Shown: one piece after another, positions 1-10,340 of the stretch | Layout: each line of letters begins with the position of its first letter | Numbering within the stretch: the stretch's first letter is position 1 | Source: a virus | Strand: one strand, 5' to 3' | DNA length: 64,000 nt | IMG/VR virus record: IMGVR_UViG_3300017757_000001 | Notes under the pieces: model-generated | Database searches by the model: none | What the model saw: only the letters and a program-made list of their open reading frames with translations | Told to the model about the DNA's origin: nothing | Position numbers and translations under genes: made by a program

Positions 1-3000
1 TAGAACCTGCTGTTCCTGAAGAACCACTACCTCCTGAAGATCCAATGTTACCTGTAGAACCTGATTCTCCCGAAGTACCATCTGTTCCTGAAGAACTTGA
101 TAATCCTGAAGTACCTTCTGTACTTGAAGCTCCTGAAGTACCTGAAGTTCCTGTTGTACCTGATAAAGAACTAAACCCACTTGTTCCTGCTGTACTTGAA
201 GCTCCTGAAGTACCATCTGTACCAGAAGTACTACTGTTACCTGAAGTACCTGCTGTACCCGTAGAACCACTTACTCCTGATTGGCCTGAAACTCCTGAAG
301 AGCCTAAAACTCCAGAAGAACCTGCTGTACCATCTGATCCTGAAGTACCTGAAGAGCCACTTCCTCCTGATGAACCACTATTACCTGTTGATCCACTTCC
401 CCCTGAAGTTCCAGTAGTACCATCAGAACCTGATTCTCCTGTTGTACCTGAAGTTCCTGTAGAACCTGATTCTCCTGTTGTACCTGATGTACCATCTGAA
501 CCTGAATTACCTGTTGTACCTGCTGTTCCTGAAGAACCTGTTGTTCCTGAAGTTCCAGTAGTACCATCTGAACCTGAATTACCTGTTGTACCTGAAGTTC
601 CTGTAGAACCTGCTGTTCCTGAAGTACCTGATGTATCTGAATTTCCACTAACAGCTTCTACACATATTAGTTCTTTAACATTTCCTATTAAAGTAAATGA
701 TGATCCTGATGTATTAGATACAGTAAATACTGTAGTTGATCCACCTATAGATACTGCTGATGCTAAATAAGTATTTATAACACCTGTTGCTAGGTGTGTT
801 ATTGATAATACACTTCCAATCCCAGCACTAGTAACCCATGGGAATGCAGCATTAGGTAATTCAATACTTGTAATATTATTTGAATTAGTAGAATTTGCGG
901 TAAATTGAGGGGGTGAACCTACTGGGGATGAACTAACAAAATCAGCTATAACACACCCACCACTTAATCCTGAAGAACCTGCTGTACCAGTAGTACCTGC
1001 TGTACCACTTGATCCACTTTCTCCTGTTGTACCATCTGTTCCTGAAGAACCTGTTGTACCTGATGTACCAGTTGTACCACTAGAACCACTTTCTCCAGTT
1101 GTACCACTAGTTCCAGTAGAACCTGTTGTACCTGAAGTTCCAGTTGTACCACTTGATCCACTTTCTCCAGTTGTACCACTAGTTCCACTTTCTCCTGAAG
1201 TACCAGTTGTTCCTGTAGAACCTGATTCACCTGCTGTACCTGAAGTACCATCTGAGCCACTTTCTCCTGTTGTACCATCTGTTCCTGAAGAACCTGAAGT
1301 TCCAGTTGAACCTGAAGTACCATCTGAACCTGATTCACCTGAAGTACCTATTGTTCCTGAAGAACCTGATGTTCCTGTTGTACCTGAAGTACCATTTGTA
1401 CCTGATTGTCCTCCTGTACCTGAAGTTCCTGAAGTACCTGAAGTACCACTTACTCCTGATTGACCTGAAACTCCTGAAGAACCTAGAATTCCTGATGTAC
1501 CTGCTGTACCATCTGATCCTGAAGAACCTGAAGTTCCTGATTCACCTGATTCACCTTTTGTACCATCATTTCCACTAGTACCTGATGTACCAGATGTACC
1601 TGTAGAATTTGATTGACCTGTTGTACCTGCTGTTCCTGTAGAACCCGAAGATCCTGAAGTTCCAGTTGAACCACTTGATCCACTTTCTCCTGTTGTACCA
1701 TCTGTTCCAGATGAACCTGAAGTTCCTGTAGTACCTGAAGTACCATCTGAACCTGATTCTCCTGTTGTACCACTAGTTCCAGTAGAACCTGTTGTACCTG
1801 AAGTTCCAGTTGTACCACTTGATCCACTTTCTCCAGTTGTACCATCTGTTCCTGAAGAACCTGAAGTTCCAGTAGTACCACTTGATCCACTTTCTCCTGA
1901 AGTACCATTAGATCCAGTTGTTCCATGAGTTCCAGTTGTTCCTGTAGTACCTGCTGTACCTGAAGTACCATTTGTACCTGAAGTACCATCTGAGCCACTA
2001 TCCCCTGAAGTACCATCTGTTCCTGTAGTACCTGCTGTTCCTGAAGTACCACTTACCCCAGATTGACCTGAAACTCCTGAAGAACCTAAAACTCCAGAAG
2101 AACCTGCTGTACCATCTGTTCCTGAAGTACCTGAAGTTGCACTTTGTCCTGATGTACCTGAAGAATGTCCTGAACCTGAAGTACCTGCTGTTCCTGAAGA
2201 TGAACTTGCACCTGAAGATCCATGGTCTCCTGTTGTACCTGAAGTTCCTGTAGAACCTGCTGTACCATCTGAACCTGAATCACCTGAAGAACCATCATTT
2301 CCTGTTGATCCTGAAGTACCTGCTGTTCCTGCTGTACCATCTGAGCCTGATTCACCTGCTGTTCCTGCTGTACCATCAGAACCTGATTCTCCATTTGTTC
2401 CTGAAGAACCATCAGAACCACTTTCTCCTGCTGTACCATCTGTTCCTGTAGAACCTGAAGTTCCTGTAGTACCTGAAGTACCATCTGAGCCACTTTCCCC
2501 TGAAGAACCATCTGTTCCTGTAGAACCTGCTGTTCCTGAAGTTCCAGAAGTACCATCGGAACCTGATTCTCCGCTTGTTCCTGAAGTACCTGATGTTCCT
2601 CCTGTACCATTAGTACCTGAAGTGCCATCAGATCCTGAATTTCCGCTTGTTCCTGAAGTACCTGCTGTTCCTCCTGTACCATTAGTACCTGAAGTACCAT
2701 TAGATCCTGATTCACCTGAAGTACCTGAAGTTCCTTCTGTACCACTTGTTCCTGAAGAACCATCAGAACCTGATTTACCTGAAGTGTTGGATGAACCTGC
2801 TGTACCTCCTGTTCCTGAAGTACCATCTGAACCACTTACTCCAGTTGTTCCTGATGTACCATCAGAACCTGATTCTCCGGATGTGCCATCTGTTCCTGTA
2901 GAACCTGCTGTACCTGATGAACCCGAAGAACCATCAGAACCACTATCTCCTGAAGAACCATCTGTTCCTGTAGAACCTGCTGTTCCTGAAGTTCCAGAAG

Positions 3001-3545
3001 TACCATTTGAGCCACTATCCCCTGAAGTACCATCTGTTCCTGTAGAACCTGATGTACCTGATGTACCTGAAGAACCATCAGAACCTGATTCACCTGATGT
3101 ACCTGAAGAACCATCTGTACCTGAAGTACCTGAAGTTCCAGAAGTACCATCTGTTCCAGATATACCTGATGTACCTGAAGAACCATCTGAGCCTGAAGTA
3201 CCTGAAGTACCTGAAGTACCATCTGTTCCTGAAGAACCTGATGTACCTGATGTACCTGAAGTACCATCAGAACCTGATTCTCCACTTGTTCCTGAAGTAC
3301 CTGAAGTACCACTTACTCCATTTGTTCCATTTGTACCATCTGAACCTGATTCACCTGAAGTACCTGCTGTACCATCTGAACCTGATTCACCTGAAGTACC
3401 TGAAGTACCACTTGTATTATTTGTACCCGATGTACCTGCTGTACCACTTGCTCCTGAAGAACCTATTAATCCCGAAGTACCTGAAGTACCAGATTCTCCA
3501 GCTGTACCATTTGTGCCTGAAAAACCACTTGTACCTGATGTTACA
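1..3545 (-). repeat. 9-bp-period coding repeat (Gly-X-Y) with longer internal duplications, interrupted at ~650-960
   Basis: Period-9 acctgaagt/acctgctgt/accatctg units; near-identical blocks at ~1100-1180 and ~1765-1845, and at ~267-336, ~1446-1515 and ~2049-2117. Confidence 0.95.
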
Positions 3546-4087
3546 TTTACATATCCTAATATTCCTGTTACTGCATCATAAGTAACAATTGTAGGCATAT
3601 CTTGTGTTGGAAGAGTATTTATTTTAAAATTTTCAAAAACTGATCCAGGTTTTTCAGTTAATTGAAATGCTGCACTACCTGTTACTAAGAAACTACCTGT
3701 AATTTCTGCTGGGTGGTTAGGTAATGCTATTGTTCCTGATCCTGAGTATGGAAATGAAACACCTTGTGAATCGGTTATTTCTATGTTTATACCATTAGCA
3801 CCATTAGGAGTAATACTATTTATAGCATTACCAGTTAAATATACTTCTGTAGTATTAGACGTTATTACACTACCATTATACAAAAATTGTATACCACTAC
3901 CATAACCTGGCATAGTAGATAAGTCAATACTATGAGAATAATAAGATTGACTAGCAAAGTAAAAATTTATTTTACTACCTTCTAAAGAACTTGAAGCATA
4001 TAAAGATTGCCAGTTAGTATCAACTTCATACCAAGTTAATTCTGATCCTTTATTTATCCTTAATAATATGTCTGGTACAAATGGCAT
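1..4087 (-). CDS. Giant collagen-like (Gly-X-Y, Ser/Thr-rich) tail fibre protein, 3' end outside the window (>1360 aa)
   Basis: Not in the ORF track because there is no stop in the window. ATG at 4087 abuts the upstream TAA. Reads [29 protein letters not shown] (R-x-x-KGS-x-LT-x-x-E-x-D-x-N fibre attachment motif), then [12 protein letters not shown]... triplets; the same frame is read at position 2. Confidence 0.85.
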   Translation of the reverse strand, partial: MPFVPDILLRINKGSELTWYEVDTNWQSLYASSSLEGSKINFYFASQSYYSHSIDLSTMPGYGSGIQFLYNGSVITSNTTEVYLTGNAINSITPNGANGINIEITDSQGVSFPYSGSGTIALPNHPAEITGSFLVTGSAAFQLTEKPGSVFENFKINTLPTQDMPTIVTYDAVTGILGYVNVTSGTSGFSGTNGTAGESGTSGTSGLIGSSGASGTAGTSGTNNTSGTSGTSGESGSDGTAGTSGESGSDGTNGTNGVSGTSGTSGTSGESGSDGTSGTSGTSGSSGTDGTSGTSGTSGSDGSSGTSGISGTDGTSGTSGTSGTDGSSGTSGESGSDGSSGTSGTSGSTGTDGTSGDSGSNGTSGTSGTAGSTGTDGSSGDSGSDGSSGSSGTAGSTGTDGTSGESGSDGTSGTTGVSGSDGTSGTGGTAGSSNTSGKSGSDGSSGTSGTEGTSGTSGESGSNGTSGTNGTGGTAGTSGTSGNSGSDGTSGTNGTGGTSGTSGTSGESGSDGTSGTSGTAGSTGTDGSSGESGSDGTSGTTGTSGSTGTDGTAGESGSDGSSGTNGESGSDGTAGTAGESGSDGTAGTAGTSGSTGNDGSSGDSGSDGTAGSTGTSGTTGDHGSSGASSSSGTAGTSGSGHSSGTSGQSATSGTSGTDGTAGSSGVLGSSGVSGQSGVSGTSGTAGTTGTDGTSGDSGSDGTSGTNGTSGTAGTTGTTGTHGTTGSNGTSGESGSSGTTGTSGSSGTDGTTGESGSSGTTGTSGTTGSTGTSGTTGESGSDGTSGTTGTSGSSGTDGTTGESGSSGSTGTSGSSGSTGTAGTTGQSNSTGTSGTSGTSGNDGTKGESGESGTSGSSGSDGTAGTSGILGSSGVSGQSGVSGTSGTSGTSGTGGQSGTNGTSGTTGTSGSSGTIGTSGESGSDGTSGSTGTSGSSGTDGTTGESGSDGTSGTAGESGSTGTTGTSGESGTSGTTGESGSSGTTGTSGTTGSTGTSGTTGESGSSGTTGTSGTTGSSGTDGTTGESGSSGTAGTTGTAGSSGLSGGCVIADFVSSSPVGSPPQFTANSTNSNNITSIELPNAAFPWVTSAGIGSVLSITHLATGVINTYLASAVSIGGSTTVFTVSNTSGSSFTLIGNVKELICVEAVSGNSDTSGTSGTAGSTGTSGTTGNSGSDGTTGTSGTTGSSGTAGTTGNSGSDGTSGTTGESGSTGTSGTTGESGSDGTTGTSGGSGSTGNSGSSGGSGSSGTSGSDGTAGSSGVLGSSGVSGQSGVSGSTGTAGTSGNSSTSGTDGTSGASSTAGTSGFSSLSGTTGTSGTSGASSTEGTSGLSSSSGTDGTSGESGSTGNIGSSGGSGSSGTAGS

Positions 4088-5029
4088 TTATTCTTTATTA
4101 TGTAAATCTGGGTTAATTTCTTTTCTATTTGGATCTTTAGCAAATACTTTTTCTATATCTTCGATTGCATACTCTTGTATTAAAACTTGTGTAGCATTAC
4201 TTATTTTTTTAACTGCTGATAGTTGTTTTTGTGTTACATCAGGAACTACATAACCATGTAATTTCATTGAAAATGTGCTTTTAACTATTCTTTCACCTGA
4301 TGGTGGTAGTATTGTATCAGTTGCTATAGAATTAATATTAGCTCTAAATTTAAATCTTTGAGGGTCACCCCAATAAGAATCAGATGCATAATTTATAGCT
4401 TCTACTAAACCATTCATTTGTTCTACATAATAGGTAGATATAATAAAATCATAATTTAAAGTCATATAATCTGGTATAACTACCGCATAATAATCTTTTT
4501 TAGGTATTCTATTTGTTAGTATATTAAAATTATCATATTGATTTTTTTTACTATATTTTTTTTCAAATAATTGTACGTTATTAGGAAAGTTAGCATCTAA
4601 TTTATTAGATAAATTTCTAACTTTTTCCATACTTGTTCTTTTAAAAGTAATAAGGGGCATCATTATTTTTCCCTTTTTATCTTGTAAATATCCTTTTTTC
4701 TGTACTTGAACCCATCTTTCAGGTGAACCATAATATAAAGGTACATTTAATTGTGCTCCGTTTTGCATTACTGTGGGTTTAATAACCTCATTTATATAAT
4801 ACATTACTGCTTCATCAATATCTTTTAATCCTAAACTAAAAGGTTTTGTATTGTCTCCCCTAAATGTTTTTTGATTTCCTCTATTTTTATTAGGAGGATA
4901 TGAAGTATTATTGGGATTACCAGTAGAAGAAAAACCAGGAGACCCTGCAGGAGGGTTGTATGGAGTTTGTTGAGAAACACTAATTTGTCTTTGTGTTTTT
5001 GGTATGGGTGTTTTTCCTTGTTTTGCCAT
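4088..5029 (-). CDS. Tail terminator / sheath stabiliser, T4 gp15-like
   Basis: VPLYYGSPERW...MPLITFKRTS resembles the gp15 VPL-x-YG...LPRMSF region; follows the neck genes. Confidence 0.65.
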   Translation of the reverse strand: MAKQGKTPIPKTQRQISVSQQTPYNPPAGSPGFSSTGNPNNTSYPPNKNRGNQKTFRGDNTKPFSLGLKDIDEAVMYYINEVIKPTVMQNGAQLNVPLYYGSPERWVQVQKKGYLQDKKGKIMMPLITFKRTSMEKVRNLSNKLDANFPNNVQLFEKKYSKKNQYDNFNILTNRIPKKDYYAVVIPDYMTLNYDFIISTYYVEQMNGLVEAINYASDSYWGDPQRFKFRANINSIATDTILPPSGERIVKSTFSMKLHGYVVPDVTQKQLSAVKKISNATQVLIQEYAIEDIEKVFAKDPNRKEINPDLHNKE

Positions 5030-5631
5030 TATATAAATCTTTCTCTTGTTATACCTACTTTATCAGCTGGGACATAATGTGTTTTAACTATAATTGAAGT
5101 ATTCCACCCATATTCACCTAATCCTGGGTTATATGGATTTGGTTCATTAGGGTAAGATGGATTTTTTCCAACAAAATATTGGTTAGCATCAATATCATCT
5201 ACTTCATAATATCCTTCTTGGTATAAGATAATATCACCTACTTCAGGAACTAAATCAGCTCCATAAGAACTAGTAACATTATTATTTACATATCCACTTC
5301 TATAAGTACCTTCAGTATAACTCATACTTATATTAAAATCTTCAGCTTTTCCTAATAAATCATCTCTTAAAAATTTAAAAGTAGTACTCCAAGCAAAATC
5401 CGTACCAAATTCTGTTTCTGGTTGAGACTGTTCATCTCTATCAACTACACAATTTAATAAAACAGGACCCATATAGTATTTTTCCTCAGCCGACTCTCCA
5501 TATAAATTTACTTTAGTTTCTTCTAACTTAAACTTATAAAAAGAACACTGTTGGGTGATAATATCACCCATCAATTCTCTATTTAAGTTTCTAAAGAGAC
5601 TAATGTCTCTTGCTGATCCAAACATTGCCAT
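5029..5631 (-). CDS. Neck / head-closure protein, T4 gp14-like
   Basis: NLYGE...K-x-Y and PEVGDII motifs; lies between the gp13-like and gp15-like genes. Confidence 0.65.
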   Translation of the reverse strand: MAMFGSARDISLFRNLNRELMGDIITQQCSFYKFKLEETKVNLYGESAEEKYYMGPVLLNCVVDRDEQSQPETEFGTDFAWSTTFKFLRDDLLGKAEDFNISMSYTEGTYRSGYVNNNVTSSYGADLVPEVGDIILYQEGYYEVDDIDANQYFVGKNPSYPNEPNPYNPGLGEYGWNTSIIVKTHYVPADKVGITRERFI

Positions 5632-5632
5632 A

Positions 5633-6820
5633 TTACCCTATATAAATTACTCGTGGAACCTTATCTAATTCTTTTTGAACAAAATCAGATTCCATTGTTC
5701 TTCTTTCTAATAACTTTTCTCTAGATGTTTCATCAAAAAATGCTCTTAGTTTTTCTAATAATGCTTCTTTTTCAGCTCGTGCAGCTGCTAATAAATCAGC
5801 TTGATTTAATGTAACTTCAGCACCTGGTATAGGTACTTGTGTATATTTACCCCTAACATATCCCAACATTTCTTTAGCAATTGCTAATGTCATTTCAAAT
5901 ATCCAAGCTCTACCTACTGAATTAATATCTGAATATTTTGGGTTTTTATAAGGTACTCCACTAACTGTTTTAATTTTTAAATATCCATCTTCAAATGATG
6001 CTGAATTTCTTTCTGAATTTAACATAAATTCAAACCATATACTACCTGCTGAACCTGAAGGATGTGCTCCTGGTACACCATTAACAGGTACATTTCTTGG
6101 GATTGGAAATACTCTTAATACATTGTTATGCATTTCAAACGAAAAATTAGATCTTCTAATAGTATCACTTAATTCTATAGCTTGAATTACTTGTGTATCA
6201 TAATTAAGGGGCATCATCATAAAATTAACAGCAGGAGAATAATTACCCCAACCAAAAGAATCCATCATATTCATCATTCCTGTACCTGATCCTACGTATG
6301 GGTCGAAAAATTTAACAATAGCTGGAGTATTCTCATAAAATACTCTCATTATTTCTATATCATTATCTTTATACCCATTTTCAATTGCCCAAGCATTTAA
6401 ATCATAATCTTGAACACTACCTGTTAAATGAATTCTTCCTTTATGCCATGGTACATTTCCTCCAGTTCCTGCTTCAGCTCCATATTGTTCTGATAATGCT
6501 ATTATACGTCCTAAATTAGGTGTTACAATAGTTTCATTTATATCAATTGAATCAGGTGTACCTTCTAATGATAAATAATTATCTCTTATTTTATAAGCAA
6601 ATAACTCATTACCATATAAAGTAACTGCTTCTTCAAAAGCAGCATAAAAATTTTTAGCTTGTAATTCAATTTCAACAATAGGATATCCCATTCTTCTAGA
6701 ACAGAAAACACAGACTTTAGGTGCATCTTGCTCAAATGCAGTATCATAATCATAAAATCCAAATGGTGTATCACCAGGATGAAATGAAGCCGAACCAGGC
6801 CATATAGGTATATTTGCCAT
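5633..6820 (-). CDS. Neck / head-tail adaptor protein, T4 gp13-like
   Basis: RRMGYPIVEIEL near the N-terminus; AKEMLGYVRGKY..PIPGAEVTLN near the C-terminus. Confidence 0.8.
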   Translation of the reverse strand: MANIPIWPGSASFHPGDTPFGFYDYDTAFEQDAPKVCVFCSRRMGYPIVEIELQAKNFYAAFEEAVTLYGNELFAYKIRDNYLSLEGTPDSIDINETIVTPNLGRIIALSEQYGAEAGTGGNVPWHKGRIHLTGSVQDYDLNAWAIENGYKDNDIEIMRVFYENTPAIVKFFDPYVGSGTGMMNMMDSFGWGNYSPAVNFMMMPLNYDTQVIQAIELSDTIRRSNFSFEMHNNVLRVFPIPRNVPVNGVPGAHPSGSAGSIWFEFMLNSERNSASFEDGYLKIKTVSGVPYKNPKYSDINSVGRAWIFEMTLAIAKEMLGYVRGKYTQVPIPGAEVTLNQADLLAAARAEKEALLEKLRAFFDETSREKLLERRTMESDFVQKELDKVPRVIYIG

Positions 6821-6832
6821 ATTTTATATTTT

Positions 6833-7888
6833 TTAAGCGTTAACAATTACATATTCAACATCAATACTTGAGCTAATAGCATAAACTGAAATAAATTCAA
6901 TATCTTGTCCAAAAGATCCAATAAACTGACTTCCAGTTACATTAGGACTTGAAAACATTAATGATGATGTTGGTAAGCAATCCATAGTCCAATAACTTCT
7001 AGATGTATTAGTAGTAAAATCTGTAGCACCTAAAGTAACTAATAAATCACTTGCACCTCCTAAAGTAGTAGTACCATTCATAGTAAGTATATCATTTACT
7101 GAGTAACCTGTTCCTTGATTATTTACTATAATACTTGTAGGTTCAATTTGTATATTACTTACACTAACTCTAACAACTAAATCACCAACTACAGTACCTA
7201 AATTACCATCGGCATTTAAAGCTGCTTCTGTAAAAGTTATAGTTTCGGTATTACTATATCCTTGCCCGTTTCCTTCAACTGTAACTTGACTTACTATACC
7301 ACCAAAAGTTGTAATTTTAAATTTTGCTCCAACTCCTCCTCCACTAGAACTATTTTGAAATAGAAAATTTGTACTACCTGCAGCTGTTGCAGTTATATTA
7401 CTACTAATACCAACAGTAGAATTTACTACTAATTTACCAGCTGAATTATTAGTTATAACATTAAATGTTGCTCCTGTACCTGTTCCTCCGGTAACAGGAA
7501 CACCTGCTCCTCCATTAGTATATGTTCCTGCTGTACCTTGTAAACCCCCACCAGTATATGAAGATGGATATAATTCTTTAGCAGGATATAAAATTCCACC
7601 AACACCTGCTGATGAGGTAAAATTAACAGCTAGACTATAAGTATCATCTAAATTAGTTATTCTACCATATTTTAAACTACTTGAAGGGAAAGTACCTGCG
7701 CCTGGATTTACACCATTTACATTAATTAAATCAATTGATGTTGTATTAGGACAAGTAACAACCCTTCTATCATAATTAGTCACATTATCTATTCTATAAA
7801 AGTTCTCATTTACAGTCCTTATATCACTAACTACGTGTGTTTCTTTAATTTTAATTGAAAAAACTGTTGGTTTAAGAGTTGATGCCAT
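6833..7888 (-). CDS. Virion structural protein with inserted Gly/Thr-rich beta modules
   Basis: GTGATFNV...GTGYSVNDILT and GVGAKFKI...GQGYSNTETITF modules; late motif upstream. Confidence 0.6.
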   Translation of the reverse strand: MASTLKPTVFSIKIKETHVVSDIRTVNENFYRIDNVTNYDRRVVTCPNTTSIDLINVNGVNPGAGTFPSSSLKYGRITNLDDTYSLAVNFTSSAGVGGILYPAKELYPSSYTGGGLQGTAGTYTNGGAGVPVTGGTGTGATFNVITNNSAGKLVVNSTVGISSNITATAAGSTNFLFQNSSSGGGVGAKFKITTFGGIVSQVTVEGNGQGYSNTETITFTEAALNADGNLGTVVGDLVVRVSVSNIQIEPTSIIVNNQGTGYSVNDILTMNGTTTLGGASDLLVTLGATDFTTNTSRSYWTMDCLPTSSLMFSSPNVTGSQFIGSFGQDIEFISVYAISSSIDVEYVIVNA

Positions 7889-7898
7889 ATCTTTTTGT

Positions 7899-7907
7899 TA
7901 TAAATAT
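7899..7907 (-). promoter_or_regulatory. Putative late promoter ATATTTATA
   Basis: Recurrent motif 10 nt upstream of the start codon. Confidence 0.65.
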
Positions 7908-7933
7908 TGGGAAAATATTCTCTAATTTAGAAA

Positions 7934-8599
7934 TTAGTGATATCCATTCAATAAATCCAATAAATCATCTATAGCATCATGTCTGTGTGAATCTTCTAGC
8001 ACACATTTAAATACATATTTTGAGTTTGTTAACTTAGCCATGTCATGATAAGCTGAGTAGTTTTTATCTTTTAAATCAATTTGGTATGAATCCCCACAAA
8101 ATATCATTTTTGAATCTTTCCCTAATCTACCAATACACATAGCTAATTGTGACCTAGTTAAATTTTGAAATTCATCTACAATAACTACAGCATTATCAAA
8201 TGTACGTCCTCTAAAATGGGCTAAAGATACTAATTCTATTTTTTCATCTTTTTCCATTTTTTCTAAAATTGGAGGTTTATTATAAATTTTTCTCATATTA
8301 GACCTAATAGGTACTAACCAAGGTTCCATTTTTTCACGTTCTGAGCCTGGGAGGAATCCATTATCTTCTGTTGCTATAGTAGGTCTTGTAATGACAATTT
8401 TATTATATTGTCTTTTAAAAAATTGATCTAATGCTACTTGTACAGCTAATAATGTTTTACCACTACCTGCTTTTCCCACAATAAAATTATAGGGTGATTT
8501 TAATATTGCTGTTTTTGCTATCTTTTGTTCTTCTGACAAAGAGAGGCTAAATCGTATACTACCTTTGGGTGGTGTTTTTTCCATATTAGATTTTGGCAT
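7934..8599 (-). CDS. phoH: PhoH-family ATPase
   Basis: GKAGSGKT Walker A, ITRP, GFLPG, FRGRTF, VDEFQN, GRLG, GD-x-x-Q-x-D, RH motifs. Confidence 0.95.
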   Translation of the reverse strand: MPKSNMEKTPPKGSIRFSLSLSEEQKIAKTAILKSPYNFIVGKAGSGKTLLAVQVALDQFFKRQYNKIVITRPTIATEDNGFLPGSEREKMEPWLVPIRSNMRKIYNKPPILEKMEKDEKIELVSLAHFRGRTFDNAVVIVDEFQNLTRSQLAMCIGRLGKDSKMIFCGDSYQIDLKDKNYSAYHDMAKLTNSKYVFKCVLEDSHRHDAIDDLLDLLNGYH

Positions 8600-9308
8600 T
8601 TGTTTTAATTTTTACTAATTTATCTAGTCCTGCATTTATATGCATGGTTTCATTCAACAATAATTCAAATGTATATCTGTCATCTAGAGGTAACACTAGG
8701 TCAACTTGAGAACCCCATCTAATTAAACTAAATCTTTCATTTTGAGTAACTAAATCTCCTTGATGTTTAAAAGGAGCTATAACATTTACATCTTCATCTG
8801 CTATTTGTATTATGTGATATGTGTAATCTAATGTAGGAATGTAAATTTGATTAGACATTCTTTCATTATATTTTAAATAATCCATATTATTAGGATTAAT
8901 TACTTTATTTAGTATATCTTTTTCTACAGCTAACATAGGTTTATTTGTAGATTCAATAGGTTCTAAATTTTTATATTTTAATACCCCTCCATAAGGAATT
9001 CTATAAATATGCACATCATAAAAAGACATAAATATCCCAATTACTAAGGAAGGTTTATTATAACTTTTATCTCCCATAACATCTTGAATAGTATAATCTA
9101 TACCTTTAATTTCAAGTACTTGTTCATTAGGTAAAACTGTTTTTTGATATAAAATAGTTCCATCTGCTGGGCTATAAAAATGTTCATGATCAATGTATGT
9201 TGGTCTTATTGGGTCTCTAAAAAAGAAAGTATTACTTAATACTCCTACAGGCATTTTAGATAATTCTGCAACTTCTCCATTTAACCAATCTTCTAATTCT
9301 TCAGCCAT
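8586..9308 (-). CDS. Phosphatidylserine-decarboxylase-fold pyruvoyl proenzyme, atypical and lacking a membrane anchor
   Basis: FFRDP, SPADG, IFMS-x-x-DVH, NER and IRWGSQVD (GS autocleavage) motifs. Confidence 0.85.
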   Translation of the reverse strand: MAEELEDWLNGEVAELSKMPVGVLSNTFFFRDPIRPTYIDHEHFYSPADGTILYQKTVLPNEQVLEIKGIDYTIQDVMGDKSYNKPSLVIGIFMSFYDVHIYRIPYGGVLKYKNLEPIESTNKPMLAVEKDILNKVINPNNMDYLKYNERMSNQIYIPTLDYTYHIIQIADEDVNVIAPFKHQGDLVTQNERFSLIRWGSQVDLVLPLDDRYTFELLLNETMHINAGLDKLVKIKTNAKI

Positions 9309-10222
9309 TAAAGGAGTGTTTTAAAATGATCTACCCTATTTAAATGCATTACCATACAACTTAACATTGCTCCTGATTTCATATATTCAGATAAGTTAAA
9401 TATTACAGGTTCCATTCCTTCATCAGAACATATTTTTTCTAATGAAGATATTTTATGTTTTTCTCCTTCATAAAATTCATCTTCTTTTTTCATTTCTGAT
9501 ATATTGGAAGCACACAAAATCATATTTCCTAATCTAACTGAGTTTGCCATCCCATACATTGAGTCGTCAGCATCTATGTCTATTATATTAGTATATTTGC
9601 TTAATTGCGCTAACTCTTCTTTTTCATATAACTCCGTACAAACCATTGTTGAGCGCGTATTTAACGGGAATATTGAACAATCTAAATGATACATATATTC
9701 ATCAACCATTTTAACTTTAATAACATTCATGTCAAAATTTTCTTCCATCCAATGGTAAGTTTTTATATCTGATCTAATATCAAACCCACCTATATAAACA
9801 TTATCTTTTAAATATTTTATATCTGCTTCACCTTCCCATTTATGGGGTGATATGTGAGTTTTATAACCCATTTGATTAAAAAACTTTTCACCTACAAATT
9901 CTTCACCCTGTCTTGGTGGAGAAGTATAATTAGATAATAAAATATGATTTTCATCTTTAATATGAGGTAATTGTAAACCTAAATTTGCTACATATATTAG
10001 ATCTTGAAAATTACCTTCTGCAGGTAACAAATGTACTAATGATTGACCTGCCATAAAGTTGTATAAATCCATAAATTGTTTATATGCCTTTGGCCTATTT
10101 ATAGATAATTCTTTTTCTGACATTTCTTTCATCCAAACATTATTTGGATCATTAGTAGAAAAGGTGTGGGGGAAATTCATCACATAACTTTGTATAGGTA
10201 ACTGTGAGGGTGTCTCTTTCAT
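9308..10222 (-). CDS. Pentein guanidino-modifying enzyme, ArgZ/AgrE-type arginine dihydrolase-like
   Basis: NVWM, DLIYVANLGL, RQGEE, WEGEAD, YHLDC and SEYMKSGAMLSC (catalytic Cys) motifs. Confidence 0.85.
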   Translation of the reverse strand: MKETPSQLPIQSYVMNFPHTFSTNDPNNVWMKEMSEKELSINRPKAYKQFMDLYNFMAGQSLVHLLPAEGNFQDLIYVANLGLQLPHIKDENHILLSNYTSPPRQGEEFVGEKFFNQMGYKTHISPHKWEGEADIKYLKDNVYIGGFDIRSDIKTYHWMEENFDMNVIKVKMVDEYMYHLDCSIFPLNTRSTMVCTELYEKEELAQLSKYTNIIDIDADDSMYGMANSVRLGNMILCASNISEMKKEDEFYEGEKHKISSLEKICSDEGMEPVIFNLSEYMKSGAMLSCMVMHLNRVDHFKTLL

Positions 10223-10251
10223 TTTAAAACTATTTTTAATTATTATTTGAG

Positions 10252-10260
10252 TATAAATAT
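10252..10260 (-). promoter_or_regulatory. Putative late promoter ATATTTATA for the pentein-PSD-PhoH operon
   Basis: Motif lies between the MCP terminator and the pentein start. Confidence 0.65.
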
Positions 10261-10289
10261 ACTACCTATTTATTAGGTAAACAAATAAC

Positions 10290-10318
10290 AAAAAAAAAGC
10301 CCCGCTAATGCGGGGCTT
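10290..10318 (-). terminator. Intrinsic terminator after the major capsid gene
   Basis: - strand AAGCCCCGC-ATTA-GCGGGGCTT followed by a T-run. Confidence 0.92.
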
Positions 10319-10340
10319 CTTAATCATTATGTATTAACTA

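Noticed and set aside
1-3545. Possible CRISPR array or satellite
   Set aside because: Period-9 degenerate coding repeat with no repeat-spacer structure
45-3585. Track ORFs rich in P/E/V (+ strand), Q/V/L (- strand) or Y/L/K
   Set aside because: Shadow frames of the Gly-X-Y repeat; the real frame starts at 4087 on the - strand
9002-9010. Intragenic copies of TATAAATAT (here and at 25752)
   Set aside because: Expected by chance in AT-rich DNA and not in intergenic positions; the 25752 copy could still serve the 25695 gene
8586-9308. Plain psd lipid-synthesis annotation
   Set aside because: No membrane anchor, acidic replacement of the conserved AGLIARR segment, and no pss partner in the window; gene symbol withheld although PS activity is not excluded
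9308-10222. 7-deazaguanine/archaeosine DNA-modification amidinotransferase
   Set aside because: Those enzymes (ArcS, QueF-L, Gat-QueC) are not penteins, and no que/dpd genes are in the window
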